NCBI GenBank assembly: GCA_028714235.1
Contig: JAQTMQ010000003.1
Location: 1,306 to 65,305, forward strand
DNA length: 64,000 bases
Direction: 5' to 3'
DNA from: Candidatus Iainarchaeum sp.
Lineage (GTDB): Archaea; Micrarchaeota; Micrarchaeia; Burarchaeales; Fermentimicrarchaeaceae
The position numbers were made by a program, and so were the translations under genes. Below, piece by piece: positions 36,001-45,044 of this stretch; the stretch's first letter is position 1; every line of letters begins with the position of its first letter. A model generated the notes under the pieces. It worked only from the letters and a program-made list of their open reading frames with translations. It searched no databases and was not told the DNA's origin.

Positions 36001-36150
36001 TCCCGGATGGATGTCCCCGGTCGCGTAAGGCGGGCCGTCGGGAAAATAGAATTTTTGCCTGCCCTTGTCCGCGGCCTTCACCTTCTCGAAAATCCCTTCC
36101 CGCTCCCAGAAGCCCGAGACGCGGCCCTCAACCTCGCTCGGCCGATACAT
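33028..36150 (-). CDS. ileS: isoleucyl-tRNA synthetase
   Basis: 1040 aa. Class I HIGH-type motif region (PPYATGDIHPGTAWN), KMSKS (GEKMSKSKGN), Zn-binding CPRC...CGKC. Length and editing-domain layout typical of archaeal IleRS. Confidence 0.9.
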   Translation of the reverse strand: MYRPSEVEGRVSGFWEREGIFEKVKAADKGRQKFYFPDGPPYATGDIHPGTAWNKALKDAVYRYKRMRGFKVNTIPCFDSHGLPIEEKVERSLKFKSKKDIEDYGVERFIEKCKEYSTKYIGTMSGDFKSLGVWMDWDGADITFRDAFIERSWLTLRRAQEKKLLAKGFRVGPVCPRCETALANNEIEHAEQADPSVYLKFRVSGEDSTYLLVWTTTPWTLPANLLLMAHPEFTYVKVNVNGETWILAKERLGAVAAIADPFGLAPKVVEEFSGKKLEGMRYEQPLASEVPAHSSKELKKFHYVTLSKEHVTLEEGTGIVHTAPGHGPEDFEIGKREGAPAFSPVSIAGIYTRDAGKYAGMGVFDANEKVLGDLREKGLLLSVGRVTHSYPVCWRCKSPLIYIASEQWYIAMSSLREKMIAEAGRVKWQPPHAGVWFKNTVSNAPDWCISRQRYWGIPFPLWSCGKCGESELFASRAEIEERSGKKLSELHKPQLDAVTFACRKCKGEMKRIPDILDVWFDSGNMMWCTLGEEGMAEWYPADLVCEGKEQIKSWFYSLLACGMVRNGEVPYRALLMHGHMVAENGEKMSKSKGNFVPFRETIAKYGGDGFRLWALNSVVWDDLRSNEDELKDASRALGIFWNLHVYLLRAMEAEGFDPKAAAKEKPDYDLEDQWLVSRMNSTILQATKAMESYAVHEASRALRRFIVADLSRLYLKLAKKRLGDERNKKALLRALYDSLLSATRMAAPLVPFIAEEIYQNAFRKHEGAESVSMLAWPEHDPGAVNPALERQMEIAVDLASAAANARQSAGVNLRWPVAEAVVATQSTEVRGAVERLPFIIEMLANVKRLRIEDKPPTTVSFKVSANRLGAAFKQKAQKVRERLEAMRPEELRDALADGRFELAVENYKFPIVPDMVEFVETPPPGYALAPGPESKVLVKTEVAGELYAEGLRREVARRIQLMRKEMGLVEKDEIEATVCAPKEFLAILKTQKDELAREVHASKLHLSQKGGLPGTAKKWRIEDEDVEIALGKREPASGRT

Positions 36151-36523
36151 TCTTCACCAACTCCATTCCTGCAAGGAAAACCGCGGGCAGCGCGAAGCAC
36201 GCCGCGACCGGAAACGCGATGGAGGAAAAAAAGTATTCCGGCCGCGCCCTGACGAACCCGGTCCCGGCGAGCGCGCCCGCGGCCGCCGCGGCGGCGAAAA
36301 CCGCGTAAAACGCCCGGTCGCGCCGCAGCCCGAGCGACGACTCGCCGTAGGCGAGCACCGCGTAGCCGGAAACGTACGCCGCCGCGAAAGCGAGCAGCGC
36401 GAACGGCGAGGCCTGCGCGCCGCCCAGCCCCGAAAACCAGAACGCCCCGGCTATGACCGCGGCAGGAATTGCCACGCGGGCAATGAACGCCAGGACTTTT
36501 TTCTCATCCATGCTGACCATCAC
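36128..36523 (-). CDS. small hypothetical membrane protein (131 aa, about 4 TM)
   Basis: ORF track; hydrophobic throughout. 23-nt overlap with the ileS start. Confidence 0.4.
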   Translation of the reverse strand: MMVSMDEKKVLAFIARVAIPAAVIAGAFWFSGLGGAQASPFALLAFAAAYVSGYAVLAYGESSLGLRRDRAFYAVFAAAAAAGALAGTGFVRARPEYFFSSIAFPVAACFALPAVFLAGMELVKNVSAERG

Positions 36524-36577
36524 GCTGAACGGCGATAAATAAGGCGCTGTAAGGCGCTAAATTTGGCCCGCTCGCCT

Positions 36578-37261
36578 TTAAATCTGTTGGGTTGGCGACG
36601 CGGCCTCCGCCTTCCGAAACGAGATTTTCGCGCCCTTCAGGCTCGAGTAGATGTCCCGCTTTTTCAGCATGTCCTTCGGGACGTCGACCAGGAACTCGAG
36701 GCCGGTGAAGGACAGGTACCACGCCGCCGGCGCGGCGATTGACGAGAGCGCGGCGACCGCGACGAACGAGCCCGCGAGCGCGAGAAGCACCGCCTCAAGC
36801 CCAAGGAGAAGCGAGCCTGCGGCGAGGCGAAGCGCGCCCGCGCGCCTGCGCCGCGAAATCTCGGCCCGGGCTGAAGCGAGCCTGTCCGCAAAAAAGCGCT
36901 TCAGCCGCTTCGCCACCATCTCCTCGACGCGCGCGTCCCGCAGCGCGGCCGGCACGGAAAACGCGAGCTCCGCCCTCCCGCAGACCGGGCCCCTGAGCCG
37001 GCCCTCAATCTCGTCGACGAGGTCCCCGGAAAGCCTCCGCGTCTCAAGCGGGCCGTAGTCGAAGTCGGAGAAAATGTCGTCGTAGGTATCAAGCGCGATT
37101 GCCTCCACGCAAAGGCCTTTCTGCTGCGCGAGCGGAAAACTGGGCACGGGGCCAAACGCCCCCGCGACCGTTTCGGCGACGCCCGGGCCCCGCTTCTCGG
37201 GCGCCTGCGGGGGCGCGGGCTGCTTGCCTGAATCGGGTTCCGGCATGGCTTCACCTTTCAC
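36578..37261 (-). CDS. hypothetical protein (227 aa) with C-terminal TM helices
   Basis: ORF track. Acidic central part, then LRLAAGSLLLGLEAVLLALAGSFVAVAALSSIAAPAAWYLSF. Confidence 0.35.
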   Translation of the reverse strand: MKGEAMPEPDSGKQPAPPQAPEKRGPGVAETVAGAFGPVPSFPLAQQKGLCVEAIALDTYDDIFSDFDYGPLETRRLSGDLVDEIEGRLRGPVCGRAELAFSVPAALRDARVEEMVAKRLKRFFADRLASARAEISRRRRAGALRLAAGSLLLGLEAVLLALAGSFVAVAALSSIAAPAAWYLSFTGLEFLVDVPKDMLKKRDIYSSLKGAKISFRKAEAASPTQQI

Positions 37262-37313
37262 CGCTAACGGTTGCGAACCGGAAAGTTAAAAGGGGAAAGG
37301 GCGCGGCACGCGC

Positions 37314-37326
37314 CATTTTTAACTTT
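37314..37326 (+). promoter_or_regulatory. TATA-box-like ATTTTTAACTTTT about 25 nt upstream of the rfcS ATG (leaderless spacing)
   Basis: Only AT-rich element in the 85-bp spacer. Confidence 0.35.
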
Positions 37327-37345
37327 TGTCGTGCAACATGTAGCC

Positions 37346-38323
37346 ATGGCAGAAGACCCGCCTTCTAGCGACATCCCCTGGACGGAGAAGTACAGGCCGC
37401 GCAGCCTGCCCGAAGTCTGCGGCCAGAATGAAATCGTGGAAAGGATGAGGGCGTACGCGAGGCACAGGAACGTTCCCCACATGCTTTTTTCCGGGCCGCC
37501 CGGAATCGGGAAGACGACGATTGCGCTCGCCCTCGCGCGCGAGCTCTTCGGGGAAGGGTATTCCTCCTCGTTTTTGGAACTCAATGCGAGCGACGAGCGC
37601 GGGATAGACGTGGTCCGCGGCAAAATCAAGGATTTCGCGCGCACGCTCCCGCTCAGCGCGGTGCCCTTCAAGCTCGTGTTCCTCGACGAAAGCGACGCGC
37701 TCACGCCCGAGGCGCAGAACGCGCTGCGGCGCACGATGGAGATGTTCGCGGGGAACACGCGGTTCATCCTCTCCTGCAACTACTCGTCAAAAATCATCGA
37801 GCCCATCCAGAGCAGGTGCGCGGTCTTCCGCTTCAGGCCGCTCGGCGAAGAGGAAGTGAAGGGGATGGTCTGCCTCATCGCCGAAAAGGAGGGAATCGCG
37901 CTCGACGCGGGCGCTGCCAAGGCCATCTGCTACGTTTCCGAGGGCGACATGCGGAAGGCGATTAACGCGCTCCAGGGCGCGGCAGCGGTTTCAAGGCACG
38001 TCACCGAAGAGCTCGTGCACAAGGTGAGCTCGCGCGCGAGGCCCGAAGAGGTGCGCAGGATGCTCGAGGCCGCTCTCAAGGGGGATTTCGCGGGCGCGCG
38101 GGAAAAGCTCGACTTCCTCATGCTCAACTACGGGATGAGCGGCGAGGACGTGCTCCTCCAGATGTACAAGGAGGTGACGGCGCTCGGGATTTCGGACAGG
38201 GAGAAGGTCGCCCTCGTTGACCGTATTGGCGAATACAACTTCAGGCTCGTCGAGGGGGCGAACGAGCGCATCCAGCTCGAGGCGCTTCTCGCGCAGGTAA
38301 TGCTTCTCTCGGAAAAAGGCTGA
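37346..38323 (+). CDS. rfcS: replication factor C small subunit (clamp loader)
   Basis: PWTEKYRP, Walker A GPPGIGKTT, DEAD-like FLDESDAL, SRC motif (IQSRCAVFRF). Start trimmed to MAEDPP... (ORF-track start 37271). No intein. Confidence 0.85.
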   Translation: MAEDPPSSDIPWTEKYRPRSLPEVCGQNEIVERMRAYARHRNVPHMLFSGPPGIGKTTIALALARELFGEGYSSSFLELNASDERGIDVVRGKIKDFARTLPLSAVPFKLVFLDESDALTPEAQNALRRTMEMFAGNTRFILSCNYSSKIIEPIQSRCAVFRFRPLGEEEVKGMVCLIAEKEGIALDAGAAKAICYVSEGDMRKAINALQGAAAVSRHVTEELVHKVSSRARPEEVRRMLEAALKGDFAGAREKLDFLMLNYGMSGEDVLLQMYKEVTALGISDREKVALVDRIGEYNFRLVEGANERIQLEALLAQVMLLSEKG

Positions 38324-38328
38324 ACAAG

Positions 38329-38511
38329 ATGGACGCGCCGGTCTGGCTTCTCCTCGCGCTTTTCGGTGCGGCGAGCCCGCTGTTCGTCTACGCCCTCATC
38401 GCGAGCCTCTTCATCCCGCGCATCCTGAAGGAGGAGGTTGACGCGCGCACAGCGCTCTTTAAGGTTGCCGGCGCAATCCTGATAATGGCCGGAGTGTTCC
38501 TGGTGAGCTGA
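38329..38511 (+). CDS. small two-TM protein (60 aa); could be independent or a fragment
   Basis: ORF track only. Different frame from the downstream EamA gene. Confidence 0.25.
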   Translation: MDAPVWLLLALFGAASPLFVYALIASLFIPRILKEEVDARTALFKVAGAILIMAGVFLVS

Positions 38512-38512
38512 T

Positions 38513-39385
38513 TTGGCGTTTGCGATTGGGATTGCTGCGGGGGTTGCGGCGGCGCTCTGCTGGGGCGTTTCGGACTTCGTAGCCAAGATTGCGATTGGCA
38601 GGCTTGGAAAGCACGGCGACGTCAAGGCGCTTTTCTGGGCGCGGCTTGCGGGCATGCTGTTAATGCTCGCCGGCCTGCTTTGCGCGGGGTTTGACGCGCA
38701 GGCAGCAATCGCCTGGTTGCCCGCGCTCGCGCTCATCGGCCTCCTCGACTTCGCGGGCGCTTACTCGTTTTACCGCGGCCTGTCGAAAGGCGGGGTTTCG
38801 GTCGTCGGGCCCGTCGCCTCGTCGTATGCTGCGCTCGCCGCGGCAATCGGCGTGGCTTTGCTCGGCGAGCCGTTCAGCGGGATGCGCGCCTCCGGAATCG
38901 GCTTGACGCTCCTGGGGGTTGCGCTCGCGTCTTCCAGCCCGCTTGCCTCAAGGAAGAAAACGGGTGGGCTCGCCGGGGGAGTCCCGGAAGCGCTTTTCAC
39001 CATTCTTTGCTGGGGAGTTGTGTGGACGCTCGTCGCCGCTTGGAGCCCGTCGGCCGGCTGGATGCTCCCCGTGCTCGCGGTGAGGGTGGTGTCGGTTGCG
39101 GGATGCGCCGCCGCGGGAAGGCTGGGCGGGTTCAAGGTGGCGCTCGCCGCCGCGCCCCTCGCCGCCATCGCGGCGCTCGCGGGAATCCTTGACGCGGCGG
39201 CGGCCTCGATTGCGATGTGGGCGCTTTCCCAGAAGGAGCTCGTGAGCATAGTCGTGCCCATCACTTCCGCGTTCCCCGCGGTAGCCGTCGTGCTCGGGGT
39301 GTTCGTCCTCAAGGAGAAGATGGGCTGGCGCCAGGCGCTCGGAGTCCTCGCGATAATCGTGGGCGTAATGGCGATTTCGGCTTGA
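38513..39385 (+). CDS. EamA/DMT-superfamily transporter (10 TM)
   Basis: 290 aa. Two repeated halves with the typical EamA pattern (CWGVSDFVAKIAIGRLG ...). Confidence 0.7.
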   Translation: MAFAIGIAAGVAAALCWGVSDFVAKIAIGRLGKHGDVKALFWARLAGMLLMLAGLLCAGFDAQAAIAWLPALALIGLLDFAGAYSFYRGLSKGGVSVVGPVASSYAALAAAIGVALLGEPFSGMRASGIGLTLLGVALASSSPLASRKKTGGLAGGVPEALFTILCWGVVWTLVAAWSPSAGWMLPVLAVRVVSVAGCAAAGRLGGFKVALAAAPLAAIAALAGILDAAAASIAMWALSQKELVSIVVPITSAFPAVAVVLGVFVLKEKMGWRQALGVLAIIVGVMAISA

Positions 39386-39397
39386 GCGCGCGGCGGG

Positions 39398-40444
39398 TCA
39401 GCCTGTCCTGTACCGCAGCATCGCCGCGATTCCGCCCAGGCCCGCGAGCTGCTTACCAGCCGGGTTTTCGGACGAGAAGACGTGGACCTCGCACTTCAGC
39501 TTTTCCGCTTCCTGCATCAGCTGGTCGAGCTGCCTGTTCTTGCGGAGCAGCTCGTCGGTCACGAAAAGCCTGCCTGCCGCGCCGAGGCCGATTGCGCCGC
39601 GCACCTCGCTTTCGCCGTAGGCGGCAAGGCCGCTGCCCTTGGAGATTTCGAGCATGAGCCCTTCCATTAAGCCCATCTCCTTCGCAATCCTCTCCTCGCC
39701 GGCCACTTTCTCTATCACGCCCCTTTTCAGCAACTCGTATACCCCGCTCGGCTCGGCGTTCGAGGCGGTTTCGAAAACCAGTTTCTTGGAAAGCCCGGGG
39801 TTCCTGTCCTGCACGAATTTCCTTAGGTTGTCTTTCGAGAAGCCGGGGCCCGCGACGATGATTTTTCCCGCCTTCGAGTCCGCGAGGCATTTTGCGACGT
39901 CGCCGTAGAACTGGAGCTGCTTTTGCGAGTAGTCGGCCTCGCGCTTCGAGGCGTGGCTCTCAACCGTGAAATCGAACGAGACGCCGTAGTCGCGCACCGT
40001 CGAGAAGAGCGCGGCCTTGTCGTCCATCACGACGATTGCGAGGAGAATCTTCTTTTTGCCCGCTTTCTGCGCGTCGTAGAGGCGGTCGAGCTGGTATCCG
40101 CGCCAGCCTCCCTTCTTTTTTATTTCGACCGCGGTCTGCGGCTCCACGTCAATCGTATGGTACTGGCCGAGCTGTATGTACTCCTCCGGCCCGCCAGCCA
40201 CGATTTTTCCCGTGACGCGCACGCGGTTCGCGTGCTCGGAGAACTCGATTTTTTCGGCTTCAACCTGCACGAACACCTCGCGCTTGTCCCCGCTTTCGCC
40301 TTCCCCGATTTTGACGCGCCTGAAGCTCTTGCCCGCCACGAGGTCGCCGGGCTCGAGCACGCGCTCGACGTGCCACAGGTCCTCGACGGTTTCCGGGACC
40401 GCTTTCACGGTCCCGGTTTCCCTGTCGTGCTTGATGACGCGCAT
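39398..40444 (-). CDS. pelA: Pelota (Dom34 homologue), mRNA surveillance / ribosome rescue factor
   Basis: 348 aa; MRVIKHDRETG...EDLWHV N-terminal domain, central domain and eRF1-like domain 3 (PGFSKDNLRKF... GGIAAMLRYRTG). Confidence 0.85.
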   Translation of the reverse strand: MRVIKHDRETGTVKAVPETVEDLWHVERVLEPGDLVAGKSFRRVKIGEGESGDKREVFVQVEAEKIEFSEHANRVRVTGKIVAGGPEEYIQLGQYHTIDVEPQTAVEIKKKGGWRGYQLDRLYDAQKAGKKKILLAIVVMDDKAALFSTVRDYGVSFDFTVESHASKREADYSQKQLQFYGDVAKCLADSKAGKIIVAGPGFSKDNLRKFVQDRNPGLSKKLVFETASNAEPSGVYELLKRGVIEKVAGEERIAKEMGLMEGLMLEISKGSGLAAYGESEVRGAIGLGAAGRLFVTDELLRKNRQLDQLMQEAEKLKCEVHVFSSENPAGKQLAGLGGIAAMLRYRTG

Positions 40445-40522
40445 GGCAGGATTTCGCCGCCCGGATTAAATAAGATAGTCACCGAAAGATTAGCCGCGCG
40501 AGTGGCAGGGGGTAAAGCCGGC

Positions 40523-41371
40523 ATGCTGAAGCAAAAGGGGAAAGCCGCACAAGGGGAGACCGAGGTGGTTCCGCACCTGGACGGTGAAAACGTTTTCGGC
40601 CTCGGCCTCACGCCGCGGCGGCTTTTCGAGGCGCTTGGCGTGAAGGGAAAGCGAGTGCTTGAGGTCGGGCACCAGGAGAATTACGAGCCGTCGCTTGGCG
40701 CGGCGCTCGCCGGAGCGAAAGAGGTTGCCGGCATGACTTTTTTTGACCCGGCGAGCAGCTGGAAGATGCCTGGACTATTCCGGGGGCCGCGAATCCAGGA
40801 GCTTTACGGCAAGATAATCAGAATCCCGAAAAACGGGAAGAACTGCCACATGCGCGAGTATTTCGGGGATTTCCTGCGCGTGGGCGCGCCGGATTCGCCC
40901 CTGAAGGGCGAAAGGTTTGACGCCGTGCTTTTCTGGGGCTCCCTGAAAAAAACCGGGGAGGGAAACAAGAAGGACGCCGGGCACGTGATGGCCCTTTCCC
41001 GCGGCGCGGATGGACGCGACGCGCGGCCCCCACTGCCGGACAGGCTAGTCCAGCAAGGCATGCTGGAATGCGCGAAGGGAATCCTGGCCCCGGGCGGAAG
41101 GGTAATCGTGGTGAGCGGAAACTTCGCCGGGTCGAACGCGGACGCGACCGAGCCCGCCGTGGAAAAGCCGTACGTGGCCGAGGCGGCGCTCCACTCCGAA
41201 ATCCTGGAAGGGCTCGGCGCAAAGAGAATCCGGGTTTACGGGGAAAGCAGGCCGGGGTTCAGGGGGGACGGGAGGGCGCTTGCGCTTTCGGAACTCGGCT
41301 GCCCGGAGAGCGGGGTTTGCGGCACCATGCGCGTTTTCTCCCGCGTTGACGCGGTAATCGCCGAATTTTGA
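40523..41371 (+). CDS. hypothetical protein, possibly Rossmann/methyltransferase-like (282 aa from MLKQKGK...)
   Basis: Downstream part of ORF 39923..41371. The 5' 600 nt are antisense to pelA and Arg-rich, so trimmed. Motifs VLEVGHQ, PGGRVIVVSGNF. Confidence 0.35.
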   Translation: MLKQKGKAAQGETEVVPHLDGENVFGLGLTPRRLFEALGVKGKRVLEVGHQENYEPSLGAALAGAKEVAGMTFFDPASSWKMPGLFRGPRIQELYGKIIRIPKNGKNCHMREYFGDFLRVGAPDSPLKGERFDAVLFWGSLKKTGEGNKKDAGHVMALSRGADGRDARPPLPDRLVQQGMLECAKGILAPGGRVIVVSGNFAGSNADATEPAVEKPYVAEAALHSEILEGLGAKRIRVYGESRPGFRGDGRALALSELGCPESGVCGTMRVFSRVDAVIAEF

Positions 41372-41456
41372 TTTGCGGGAGCGCGCGGTTTAATAATCTC
41401 TCCTGTGCTTTCTTCGGGAGGGAAAGCGCGATTGCGCTCCCGCAAAGGTTATCCAA

Positions 41457-42419
41457 GTGTCCCGCTCGTTCGCACACAAAAGGAACCCGCGCCTTAACGC
41501 GTGCGGTGAAAGCGAGGTTCTCCACGGCAGCCCCGGGAAGCCGTTTTTTGACGGGCAGAACCGCATGGTTGACGGAATCTGCGGAATGGGCCGCGATTTG
41601 GGGAGGTTTGAGGAGAAGGCGAAAGCAATCGCCGCCATCAACGGGGCGACGAGGGTTGCTTACCGTTTTGTTGCGGATTCATCTGCGCCGAGGTTCCGGG
41701 GCGAGGAGGCGCGCATGCACCTTTCCGGAAAGCGCGCCGGGGAGTGCATTGTCTGCGTCGGCTTGAACTCGCCGGAAAGGAGGCTTTCGCGGGAGGAGGG
41801 ACGCAAGGAAGACGCGCTGCTTGAGAAGGCAAGGAAGGCTTCGGAAAGGAACGGGGGAAAGGCGGCGTTCCTGAAGGCCGGGCTTGAATCCAAGTATTCG
41901 TTTGAGGTCCCTGCAACGGTTTCGCCTGGGGACGTGCGCGCGCTCGCCGGGCTCTACGCCGAGGCGTTCAACGGAGGGTACTGGTTCCAGATCAGCGAGG
42001 CGTCAATCCGCAGGATTTTGTGCGGGAAGGGGAGCGTGGTTGCGGCGGCGCGCGACAGGAAGACGGGCGAGATTGCCTCGTGCTATGTCGGGCAGGTCAC
42101 CGATTTCGGGGGCGGCATCCTGATGGCGGAGATTGGCGAGGCGGCAACGTCCCCGCAGCACAGGATGGCGGGGCTCGGGAGCGTCCTTGCGCACCTGCTT
42201 GCCGGCGAGCTGTTCAGGCGCGGTGTCGACCTGGCTTTCGCGGAAACCCGCGCGACGACCCCAACTTCCTCGATAACCATTTTTCGGCTTGGGGCGAAGT
42301 ACGCGGGGCGCCTGGTGAAGGCGGTGCGCATGCCCAGGGAGGGCAGGCATGCCGAAAAGGAGGGCGCGTTTGAGAGCCTGAACCTGCTTTGCTTGAACCG
42401 CGGCGAGTTCTCGCCTTGA
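41457..42419 (+). CDS. hypothetical protein with C-terminal GNAT-acetyltransferase-like domain
   Basis: ORF track. GNAT motif-A-like QHRMAGLGSVLAHLLAGELFRRGVDLAFAETRA. True start uncertain (an internal Met is possible). Confidence 0.4.
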   Translation: MSRSFAHKRNPRLNACGESEVLHGSPGKPFFDGQNRMVDGICGMGRDLGRFEEKAKAIAAINGATRVAYRFVADSSAPRFRGEEARMHLSGKRAGECIVCVGLNSPERRLSREEGRKEDALLEKARKASERNGGKAAFLKAGLESKYSFEVPATVSPGDVRALAGLYAEAFNGGYWFQISEASIRRILCGKGSVVAAARDRKTGEIASCYVGQVTDFGGGILMAEIGEAATSPQHRMAGLGSVLAHLLAGELFRRGVDLAFAETRATTPTSSITIFRLGAKYAGRLVKAVRMPREGRHAEKEGAFESLNLLCLNRGEFSP

Positions 42420-42461
42420 TGATAGCTTCTTTTAAGCGTGTTGTTTGCCATCCATTAAGGA

Positions 42462-45020
42462 TTGGGGATGGAAGAAAAGCGGCTGGTTTCAGAGATTGTT
42501 TCAGAGCTCGGTTCCGATGCGGGCAGGGGATTGACCGAGCTTGAGGCCGCGCGACGGCTGCTGTCAAAGGGGCCCAACTCGCCCGGAGGCGGGAAGAGGC
42601 GCGCATGGTTTTCCGTCTTCTCGTTCCTCGGGGAGCCGATGATTTGGCTGCTTCTGGGCGCGGCCGCGATCTACTTCATTCTGGGCGAGGCGCTTGACGC
42701 CTACATCATGCTTGCCGCAATCGTGCCCATCGCCGCGATCGACGTGTACATGGAGTACAGGACGGAGAGCGCGATAGAGAGGCTGCGGAGCAGGATTACG
42801 CCGCACGTGCGCGTCCTCAGGAACGGGGTTGAGCGGGAGGTTGACGCGACCGAAATGGTTCCCGGCGACGTTTATTTCGTGAGCGAGGGCGACGTGGTTC
42901 CCGCGGACTCCGCGGTGCTGGAGGCGGCGGACCTGAAGGCGGACGAGTCCGCGCTCAGCGGCGAGTCGAAAGCGGTCGACAAGGCACCGGGGGAGCATTA
43001 TTCCTCCGCGGTTTTCGAGAATCCGGGCGCGCTTTTCGCGGGAAGCACGGTTGTCGGGGGAAGGGGGACGCTTCTCGCGGTCAGGACTGGAAGGGAGACC
43101 GAGTACGGGAAGATTGGGGGAATGATTTCCGCGATTGAGACGGTGCGCACGCCGCTGCAGAAAAACATCGACGACATCGTGCGCGTGCTCGGCTTCGCGG
43201 CCATCGGCTTGTCCATGGCGCTTTTCCTCCTCCAGTACTTTTTTGCCGGGAACCCGTGGCAGGTCGCGCTCCTTGACGCGGTGAGCCTCGCAATCGCCGC
43301 GATTCCCGAGGAGTTCCCGATAACTTTCGCCTTGTTTTTGAGCTTGGGGGCGTGGTCGCTTGCGAAAAGGAACGCGCTCGTGAAGAAAGTGGTCGCGGTC
43401 GAGACGCTCGGGAGCGTGAACGTGATTTGCACGGACAAGACGGGAACGCTCACCCTTGGCAGGATGTCGCTCACGAGCGTGTTTTACGGGGGCGAGCTTT
43501 TTGACGCGGACGAGTTTCTCTCCGAGCCGGACGCGGCGGGGGTTTTGGAGGCCGCGGCGCTCGCGTGCGAAAAGAAGCCTTTCGACCAGATGGAGAAATC
43601 CATTTTCGCGTTTGTCGGCAAGCGAAAGGACCCCGAGAAAATCCAGTCCGGGTGGGAGCTCGTGCGCGAGCATTCGTTTGACGAGAGGACGAAGCACATG
43701 TCCCACGTGTGGAGGAGGGACGGGAAGCTCCGCGTTTTCGCGAAAGGGGCGATAGAGGGCATTCTTTCTTCCGTGAAGGCATCCGATTCCGTGAAAAAGG
43801 ACGCGCTTGACGCGAACGCGCAGATGGCGGGGCAGGGGACGCGCGTGCTCGCCCTTGCCGCGGGGCCGCTTGGCCACTCCGGGGACAGGAAGAGCGACGA
43901 GGGCCACGCGGAATTCCTCGCGCTTCTCGGCTTTTCCGACCCGATTCGGCCCGGAGTCGCCGAAGCCGTGAAAAGCTGCCATGGCGCGGGAATCAAGGTG
44001 CTGATGATTACCGGGGACCACCATGCGACTGCGGAAGCCGTTGCGCGCGACATCGGGATGCCCGGGCCGGTCGTGATGGAGGGCTCGGAGCTCGCCCGGC
44101 TTTCGGGGAAGGACCTGACGCGCGCGGTGCACAAGGCGAACGTTTTCGCGCGCGTTCTTCCCGAGCACAAGCTTGCCATCGTGCGCGCCGAGCAAAGCCA
44201 CGGCGACGTCGTGGCCGTGACCGGCGACGGAATCAACGACGCGCCCGCGCTCAAGAGCGCGGACATCGGCGTCGCAATGGGCATGCGGGGGACAGAGGTC
44301 GCGCGCGACTCCGCGGCGATGGTGCTGCTTGACGACAACTTCGTGACGATAGTCGAGGCGATAAGGAACGGGAGGGTGATTTACGACAACTTGAGGAAGG
44401 CGTTCGCCTACCTCGTGGCCTTCCACGTGCCAATCTTCCTTTGCGCCCTCGTGATTCCGGCCATCGGGCTGCCGCTCCTCCTCATGCCCGTGCACATAAT
44501 ACTGCTCGAGCTCGTCCTCCACCCCACCGTTTCAATCGTTTTCCAGCAGGAATTGCCGGAAGAGGGCGTGATGAGGAGGAAGCCGAGGAAGAGGGACGCG
44601 GCGCTCGTTTCGGGAACGGATTTCGCGCGCCTGACGCTCCAGGGCTTCATGCTGTTCGCGCTCTGCCTTGCGGCGTATTCGCTCGCCCTGAAAAACGGCG
44701 AGCTTGAGGCGCGCGCCATCGCGTTCTCGCTCCTCATGTTCGGCCAGGTGTTCATGGTGGCCGAAGAGCTTGCCGGCGAGAAGCCGATGTCGCTTGCGCG
44801 CATAATCGGCAACCGGACTTATCTTGCGATAGGCGCGCTCACGATTGCCGCGTGGGTTGCGCTCGCGGCGATTCCGGCCACGCAGGCCGTGCTCAAGGTG
44901 AGCGGGCCGGCTCCAGCGCTCGTCGTTCTCCTGCTTGCGGTTTCAACTGCGCCCGTCGTCGTGATGGAGTTCGCCAAGCTCGCCGGCCTCGCTTCCCGGC
45001 CGGCAAATGGCGGCGGCTAG
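42462..45020 (+). CDS. P-type cation-transporting ATPase (P2-type, Ca2+/Mg2+-like)
   Basis: 852 aa. Cation_ATPase_N-like start, phosphorylation motif ICTDKTGTLT, TGDN-like MITGDHHATA, hinge VTGDGINDAPALKSADIGVAMG, about 10 TM. Confidence 0.85.
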   Translation: MGMEEKRLVSEIVSELGSDAGRGLTELEAARRLLSKGPNSPGGGKRRAWFSVFSFLGEPMIWLLLGAAAIYFILGEALDAYIMLAAIVPIAAIDVYMEYRTESAIERLRSRITPHVRVLRNGVEREVDATEMVPGDVYFVSEGDVVPADSAVLEAADLKADESALSGESKAVDKAPGEHYSSAVFENPGALFAGSTVVGGRGTLLAVRTGRETEYGKIGGMISAIETVRTPLQKNIDDIVRVLGFAAIGLSMALFLLQYFFAGNPWQVALLDAVSLAIAAIPEEFPITFALFLSLGAWSLAKRNALVKKVVAVETLGSVNVICTDKTGTLTLGRMSLTSVFYGGELFDADEFLSEPDAAGVLEAAALACEKKPFDQMEKSIFAFVGKRKDPEKIQSGWELVREHSFDERTKHMSHVWRRDGKLRVFAKGAIEGILSSVKASDSVKKDALDANAQMAGQGTRVLALAAGPLGHSGDRKSDEGHAEFLALLGFSDPIRPGVAEAVKSCHGAGIKVLMITGDHHATAEAVARDIGMPGPVVMEGSELARLSGKDLTRAVHKANVFARVLPEHKLAIVRAEQSHGDVVAVTGDGINDAPALKSADIGVAMGMRGTEVARDSAAMVLLDDNFVTIVEAIRNGRVIYDNLRKAFAYLVAFHVPIFLCALVIPAIGLPLLLMPVHIILLELVLHPTVSIVFQQELPEEGVMRRKPRKRDAALVSGTDFARLTLQGFMLFALCLAAYSLALKNGELEARAIAFSLLMFGQVFMVAEELAGEKPMSLARIIGNRTYLAIGALTIAAWVALAAIPATQAVLKVSGPAPALVVLLLAVSTAPVVVMEFAKLAGLASRPANGGG

Positions 45021-45044
45021 CGCCCGCCTTGCCTTTTTATATGC

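Noticed and set aside
39923-40522. 5' 600 nt of ORF 39923..41371 (+)
   Set aside because: Antisense to the well-supported Pelota gene and Arg-rich. Only the downstream part from ATG 40523 was kept as a low-confidence CDS.
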